From NCBI GenBank assembly GCA_020184695.1, contig JAANOX010000117.1, positions 1 through 64,000 on the forward strand: 64,000 bases of DNA, in the 5' to 3' direction. Numbering within the stretch: the first letter of the stretch is position 1; each line of letters begins with the position of its first letter. This document shows positions 59,901 through 64,000 of this stretch, piece after piece. Both the position numbers and the translations under genes were made by a program. Origin of the DNA: Histomonas meleagridis 2922-C6/04-290x. Lineage: Eukaryota > Protista > Parabasalia. Below the pieces are notes generated by a model that had not been told where the DNA came from, searched no databases, and saw nothing but the letters and a program-made list of their open reading frames with translations.

Positions 59901-60600
59901 TAAACCTAAAGCTAAGCCAAAGCCTAAACGAGTAACAATAAAACCAAAGAAAGAAAAGTTCGATGATGAAATCAAGCAAAGCGAATCTTCTTCTTCATCA
60001 AGTGATGACGAAGAACTGAAAACAATTGCAGAGAACAGCGAATCGAGCGAACTGAATCAAGTTAAACCCAAAAAGAAGCCACGTCCAAAGAAGAAAGAAA
60101 TGAAGAATAATAACAATGCTAAAGAAAAGAAGACTTCTTCAAGCGATGACGAAGAACTGAAAACAATTGCAGAGAACAGCGAATCGAGCGAACTGAATCA
60201 AGTTAAACCTAAGAAGAAGCCACGTCCAAAGAAGAAGGAAACGAAGAATAGTAACAACAATGCTAAAGAAAAGAAGACTTCTTCAAGCGATGATAACGAA
60301 TTAATAACTATCGCCGAGACAAGTGAATCGAGCGATTTAAAGAAGAAACAGAAACGAAATGACAAAGAACGAACAAATTCGTCGTCATCTTCAAGCGATG
60401 ATAACGAATTAATAACTATCGCCGAGACAAGTGATGACAACGAGTCAACGTCAACTGGGTCTTCGTCAACTGAAAAACCTTTGGTCGATAGTGAGCCACA
60501 TGATAAAGTCAAAAGAACGCCGGTGAAAAAGGACCAGAAAAAGAAGCCGAAAAAGGTGATAAAGAAAAAGGTGAAAAAGCCGAAGAAACAAACACAATGA
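56938..60600 (+). CDS. Large type-I membrane (surface) protein with a Lys/Ser/Asp-rich cytoplasmic tail
   Basis: Signal peptide MISITFPLIFLPILTLSA, long beta-rich ectodomain, TM FYIFIGIIGVLFVISLILCFC, low-complexity tail. Confidence 0.8.
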   Translation: MISITFPLIFLPILTLSAEENCSYEYFDQIYLGSDGYNISDSNYYCYQPYGSEEYYLRGTRFTVHSNTSAITGNLTLNFRTFQIVRVEVYMHALLPYQEAQKLLIVSEGRLDIQDVEGVQLSYFSTNALEVNYQPQRPTVSSYCVCLRSRLESCKQEESCYSVGVPIEKYYQTQDKNLGRLIAEDPAPVVNIYFPDNSGIADYRFDFYRNLIGFPETKTINFRSFQTSASTSLKVYFSQTATNDYPMKLNFLGITKLRIKDRDNVALSLEDMKVEQLTLVNTRLEVNSGETLTIPTLVGDFNSLGTGVAGTISITKDLYINESTASDLSGITLQKGSTLHLFKISEFPTIQIFSDHIQFSNSNERTMIVSSTTQCNFIFQDSSPLSEIPISITNEEAPTTFQPNITFLINSNMIISFSQHENNNENIQYTIMSQTISIRSIFLTMTGSYNNLNFVGFINIYLMSIETAGGFFNGVVERNVSYAMLNCTNTNLSITFKPDNIININENDIHITVDTFYIASTAQSIEMEVANGVTEFINLTFLIESDITISFDQSFESITSDTIKNIQILHLFNNLLMTTTGSVVPLVDVNDSVYNVLYEGTLTDITISPSTNFSNSNFRTGPKLNINCESGNILMPQSSILAKNSSFTLKDDTTLTILYKNSSLVSYSFENGNVIFQLEENSTVNKFESNSLILTNTNIQNTNNLPYVVKNLEFSLSSLNEQSFPSLTVKEQCFINDNTITSLTFGNYSLIVANSNTKSPIIYKEQNGVFNINTSSSSLTLYSSEEALPNNVNIYLTESNNIQLHFDKSWYRSLIPNDFIIITDATNVEVSTDLLYMPTINIVNSAGQQIQFTATEHKSDYTANLAFYIFIGIIGVLFVISLILCFCRNEEMDISSSDEDDESIIINKETDKKSEEESSSDNKQIEVVDNQKDTNVKQEEKKNNAKTTENNIKSSSDDKELNTIVENPDSSTSTDRKAKKTKPKKPKAKPKAKPKPKRVTIKPKKEKFDDEIKQSESSSSSSDDEELKTIAENSESSELNQVKPKKKPRPKKKEMKNNNNAKEKKTSSSDDEELKTIAENSESSELNQVKPKKKPRPKKKETKNSNNNAKEKKTSSSDDNELITIAETSESSDLKKKQKRNDKERTNSSSSSSDDNELITIAETSDDNESTSTGSSSTEKPLVDSEPHDKVKRTPVKKDQKKKPKKVIKKKVKKPKKQTQ
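60001..60290 (+). repeat. Tandem duplication of about 141-144 bp within the coding tail
   Basis: SDDEELKTIAENSESSELNQVKPKKKPRPKKKE...NAKEKKTSSS occurs twice. Confidence 0.9.
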
Positions 60601-60749
60601 AATGTGATATGAAATATACTATGGAATTTAAGCAAAAATAGTAAAAAATTTTTACATGACTTTGTTGCCGCAAATGTATAAACATAAAAATTCTTTTTCT
60701 TTAGCGCTATTGTGCGGATCCTTCTTCGTATGAGAAATGTTCTTTGAAC

Positions 60750-60885
60750 TCTTTCCAAAACTGGATTAAAGAACATTACAATTCCAACAAAAGAATTCAA
60801 AGATGAAGCATCTATACATGGTAAATCATTACATGAAATTATAATTCCTGAAATATCTTTGTTTTCAATTTGTAATATTTTTTAA
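60750..60885 (+). pseudogene. Short BspA-like LRR relic
   Basis: Reads LSKTGLKNITIPTKEFKDEASIHGKSLHEIIIPE with no start or context. Confidence 0.35.
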
Positions 60886-61223
60886 AAGTTTAATGTGTCT
60901 TGATATAAAATATGATATTGATGAGTTCGTAATTGAAAAATATCACAAAACATTCAATAAAGGAAATTTTATGTAACTAACTAATATTTGTTCTTCTATT
61001 TTATATATATATATTAAACAAAGAAATGAAAATATTCAGTTCATTTCTTCTTTAACATTTAAATAAAACTTTAGGATCAACATTAAGATATTCAATGCAT
61101 CCATTTTCTTCCTTATTTATATTATTAAAAGTATCGGAATTGTTTTTCATTCTGAAGAGTTATGTGTATGAATTTATTGCTGATATCAGAAGTATTTGAT
61201 GTGATTTGGTGTGAATTATAATG

Positions 61224-63221
61224 TTAAATCCATTGATCTTCATCTTTTTGAATCAAATTTTTAATATCTTTGTCAACGCTCTCTCTTCGTTCTTTTCTAT
61301 TTTCTATGTTTGCATCAAATGTCTCTATGTCTGCACTTGATTTTGTTTTGTGATTTCGTCGAATTAAATATATAATAATTCCAACAATAACAAATATGAT
61401 AAAAATTGATCCGCAAATAATTCCAATCAAAATTGTTGTAGAAATTTCATTATTATTATCTTTATTAATATTAATCTGAGAAAAAAATGTGTTAAAATAT
61501 GAATAAAATTTGAAATATGTAGAATATTGAACAATGACATAATCATAATAAATAACATCTGTAGAAATATAATAAGAAATTGAATTATGAAATGAAAGTG
61601 AAATCGTGCTTTTCAAACATATCGTATTAATGGAAATCGTTTGTGTAAATATTAATGAATATGTTAATGTGATAGAATATGTTAAATTATCATCAAAATG
61701 ATATGAATCTGAATTAGTAAATGTATTTGATTGAGAAAATGTATTCGATTCAGAAAATATATTACTTTGTGAAAATGTATTTGATTGAGAAAATGTATTT
61801 GATTTAGAAAATGTATTCGATTGAGAAAATGTATTCGATTGAGAAAATGTATTTGATTCAGAAAATGTATTCGATTCAGAAAATGTATTACTTTGTGAAA
61901 ATGTATTCGATTCAGAAAATGTATTCGATTCAGAAAATGTATTCGATTCAGAAAATGTATTACTTTGTGAAAATGTATTCGATTGAGGAAATGTATTTGA
62001 TTTAGTGAATGTATTTGATTGAGAAAATGTATTTGATTCAGAAAATGTATTCGATTGAGAAAATGTATTTGATTCAGAAAATGTATTCGATTCAGAAAAT
62101 GTATTCGATTCAGAAAATGTATTACTTTGTGAAAATGTATTCGATTGAGAAAATGTATTTGATTGAGAAAATGTATTCGATTGAGAAAATGTATTCGATG
62201 AAGAAAATGTATTTGATTCAGAAAATGTATTTGATTTAGTGAATGTATTTGATTGAGAAAATGTATTTGTTGGTGGGATGCATTCTTCAATAAATGTTCC
62301 TTTGAATACTTCGATATTACCAAATTTTACACCATTATATGATGCAGGTACCAGAACATATGGAATTTTAATAGTAGAAAATGCATTTTTAATTGTTGGC
62401 GATTCATTACCATTAAAATAAACACATTTAAGTGAATCACAATTAGTAAATGCATACTCTTCAATTGTTTTAACATTTTCTCTAATAATAATTGTTTCTA
62501 AATTAGAACATGAATGAAATGCATACTCTTTAATTGTTTTAACATTTTCTCCCAAAACAATTGTTTCTAAATTAGAACATGATTCAAATGCATGTTCTCC
62601 AATCGTTATAACTGAATTTGATGTTGTAAATGAATTTGTTAAATTTCCTGGTGGATAACAAATTAATTTTTCAATTTTTTTATCATATAAAATTCCATCA
62701 TTTTCATAATTAGAAAAATATAAATTTTCTTTGGAAACATAAATAAATTGAAGTTTTGAACAATATAAAAATGGATTTGTTGATATTGATGTTACTGATT
62801 TTGGAATTGCAATATTTTTTATATTAGTACAACTTTGAAATGCATAGTTTCCAATTGTTGTTAAAACTTCTCCTAATTCAACAATTTCCAATTTTGTACA
62901 ACTTACAAATGCATTTTGCCCAATTGTATAAACAGACTTACCAATTTGAACTGAAGATAATGAATTCCATTGTCCAAAAGCACTACTTGGTATTGTATTA
63001 ATTCCTTCAATGATTAAATGTTGTGCTGACTTTTGATGATTTTTATAATCATTTGAAAAATCCTTTTCATTATTTAATATTAGTGTTCGATTTTCATTAA
63101 AATAAACAAATTGAAATGAATTTTTGGTAAATAAAAAAAATATCAAAGATATAATTTGAATATATTTTGTTTTGTTGATATTACATTTTTTGAAAGTATA
63201 AATAAAAAGGTAAATAAACAT
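61224..63221 (-). CDS. BspA-like (TpLRR) surface protein with Ser/Thr hexapeptide stalk and TM anchor
   Basis: LRR_5 units (IGQNAFVSCTKLEIVELG, IGNYAFQSCTNIKNIAIP), SNTFSQ repeats, TM ILIGIICGSIFIIFVIVGIIIYLI. Likely start is ATG 63221 although the frame is open from 63593. Confidence 0.88.
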   Translation of the reverse strand: MFIYLFIYTFKKCNINKTKYIQIISLIFFLFTKNSFQFVYFNENRTLILNNEKDFSNDYKNHQKSAQHLIIEGINTIPSSAFGQWNSLSSVQIGKSVYTIGQNAFVSCTKLEIVELGEVLTTIGNYAFQSCTNIKNIAIPKSVTSISTNPFLYCSKLQFIYVSKENLYFSNYENDGILYDKKIEKLICYPPGNLTNSFTTSNSVITIGEHAFESCSNLETIVLGENVKTIKEYAFHSCSNLETIIIRENVKTIEEYAFTNCDSLKCVYFNGNESPTIKNAFSTIKIPYVLVPASYNGVKFGNIEVFKGTFIEECIPPTNTFSQSNTFTKSNTFSESNTFSSSNTFSQSNTFSQSNTFSQSNTFSQSNTFSESNTFSESNTFSESNTFSQSNTFSESNTFSQSNTFTKSNTFPQSNTFSQSNTFSESNTFSESNTFSESNTFSQSNTFSESNTFSESNTFSQSNTFSQSNTFSKSNTFSQSNTFSQSNIFSESNTFSQSNTFTNSDSYHFDDNLTYSITLTYSLIFTQTISINTICLKSTISLSFHNSISYYISTDVIYYDYVIVQYSTYFKFYSYFNTFFSQININKDNNNEISTTILIGIICGSIFIIFVIVGIIIYLIRRNHKTKSSADIETFDANIENRKERRESVDKDIKNLIQKDEDQWI
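61713..62270 (-). repeat. 18-bp coding tandem repeat (SNTFS[Q/E]), about 31 copies
   Basis: Direct count from the translation. Confidence 0.95.
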
Positions 63222-64000
63222 AAGCAAAAAGAAAATAATAAAAAATTTCAAAACATTTAGAAAATAGAAAAAAATATTTTTTCTATGTTGTAAAAAAATA
63301 TCAAAGAATTTTGAAAAATGTGAATAATATAGAGAATATTTGATCATGCATTCATCAGTAATAAAATTCAATTGCTTAAGAAAGCATGTATTTCCTAATA
63401 CTAATATAATTAACATGACTTTATAAACGCTCGTATGCCTGCTTGCTACGTAGCAAAATCTCATGTGCTTATTACAACTTTTTTTGACATTATAATGGTA
63501 TTGATGATTTGGATATTTTTTATTATTAAATGTGAACTTGCTAAATTTAATTTGAGGTATGAGTACATTCATAATCGGCATTACTACTGACATTGTGATT
63601 TGAATATAATTCTATATTTGCTCTGCCAGTCTTCCAAAGGCATAACGTTCATTATAAACGGTCGTATGGAAAAACAATTTTATCCCAAACAAAAAACATG
63701 TTGCTTTCATTAATGTAATACCTTTTAGTTTTAAGATAAAATGTTATGTTGACATCATTTAGTTCGTGTGCTTAAATATTTTAAATAAATGAAAAACTTA
63801 TATAAAAGTTTGTTATTTCAGGAATTTCACAATCTTTATTATAAATTATAAAGAAGTATGAATAAAATTGGAAATATGCGGAATTAATAATGACTGTGTA
63901 TTCATAGGAAATAATTTCTGTATAAATCTATGTTGATTCAATCGAATAAAGAATAAATGCATTTATCATTTAAAATGTATAAATGGAAAATGTTTGTGTG

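Noticed and set aside
61682-62323. Plus-strand and alternate-frame ORFs (MYSIEK.., NQIHFL..), likewise 10169-10381 and 9427-9756
   Set aside because: Shadow or off-frame translations of coding tandem repeats, not independent genes.
1-64000. Stop-codon reassignment (e.g. TAR=Gln) explaining the in-frame stops
   Set aside because: ORFs of 1100-2200 codons contain no internal TAA/TAG/TGA, all three codons terminate conserved genes, and many inserts also shift frame.

Overview
AT-rich, gene-dense eukaryotic DNA from a parabasalid protist. Tritrichomonas-like is an inference from DUF3447-ankyrin, BspA, expanded BEACH and Rab/Rac families, very short intergenics and no canonical introns seen. Ordinary genes: MATE transporter, EEP/sphingomyelinase-like enzyme, Rabs, spatacsin-like gene (frameshifted), two giant BEACH-type proteins, TatD, RhoGEF-Kelch, Rac, SEY1, NTF2, cyclin, bacterial-type 1-phosphofructokinase, SCP-type CTD phosphatase, WD40 dynein intermediate chain, SHIPPO/PG-repeat protein and two surface proteins. 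The standout is an ankyrin-repeat family at four loci (7.3-10.0, 11.0-11.2, 25.4-26.6 and 54.4-55.0 kb). Every ankyrin repeat is interrupted at the same point, between ...INAK(D/N) and TAL..., by a conserved AT-rich insert. The D-to-T gap is about 63 nt (short class) or 80 nt (long class), versus about 12 nt expected. At the main locus, stops and frameshifts fall in the inserts while the ankyrin cores stay open. The inserts lack GT-AG ends and the parabasalid intron motif and carry a putative hairpin. This suggests an undescribed non-canonical intron, ribosome-bypass or DNA-excision system; the mechanism cannot be determined from DNA alone. The assembly also shows signs of homopolymer insertion errors, so isolated frameshifts need caution.
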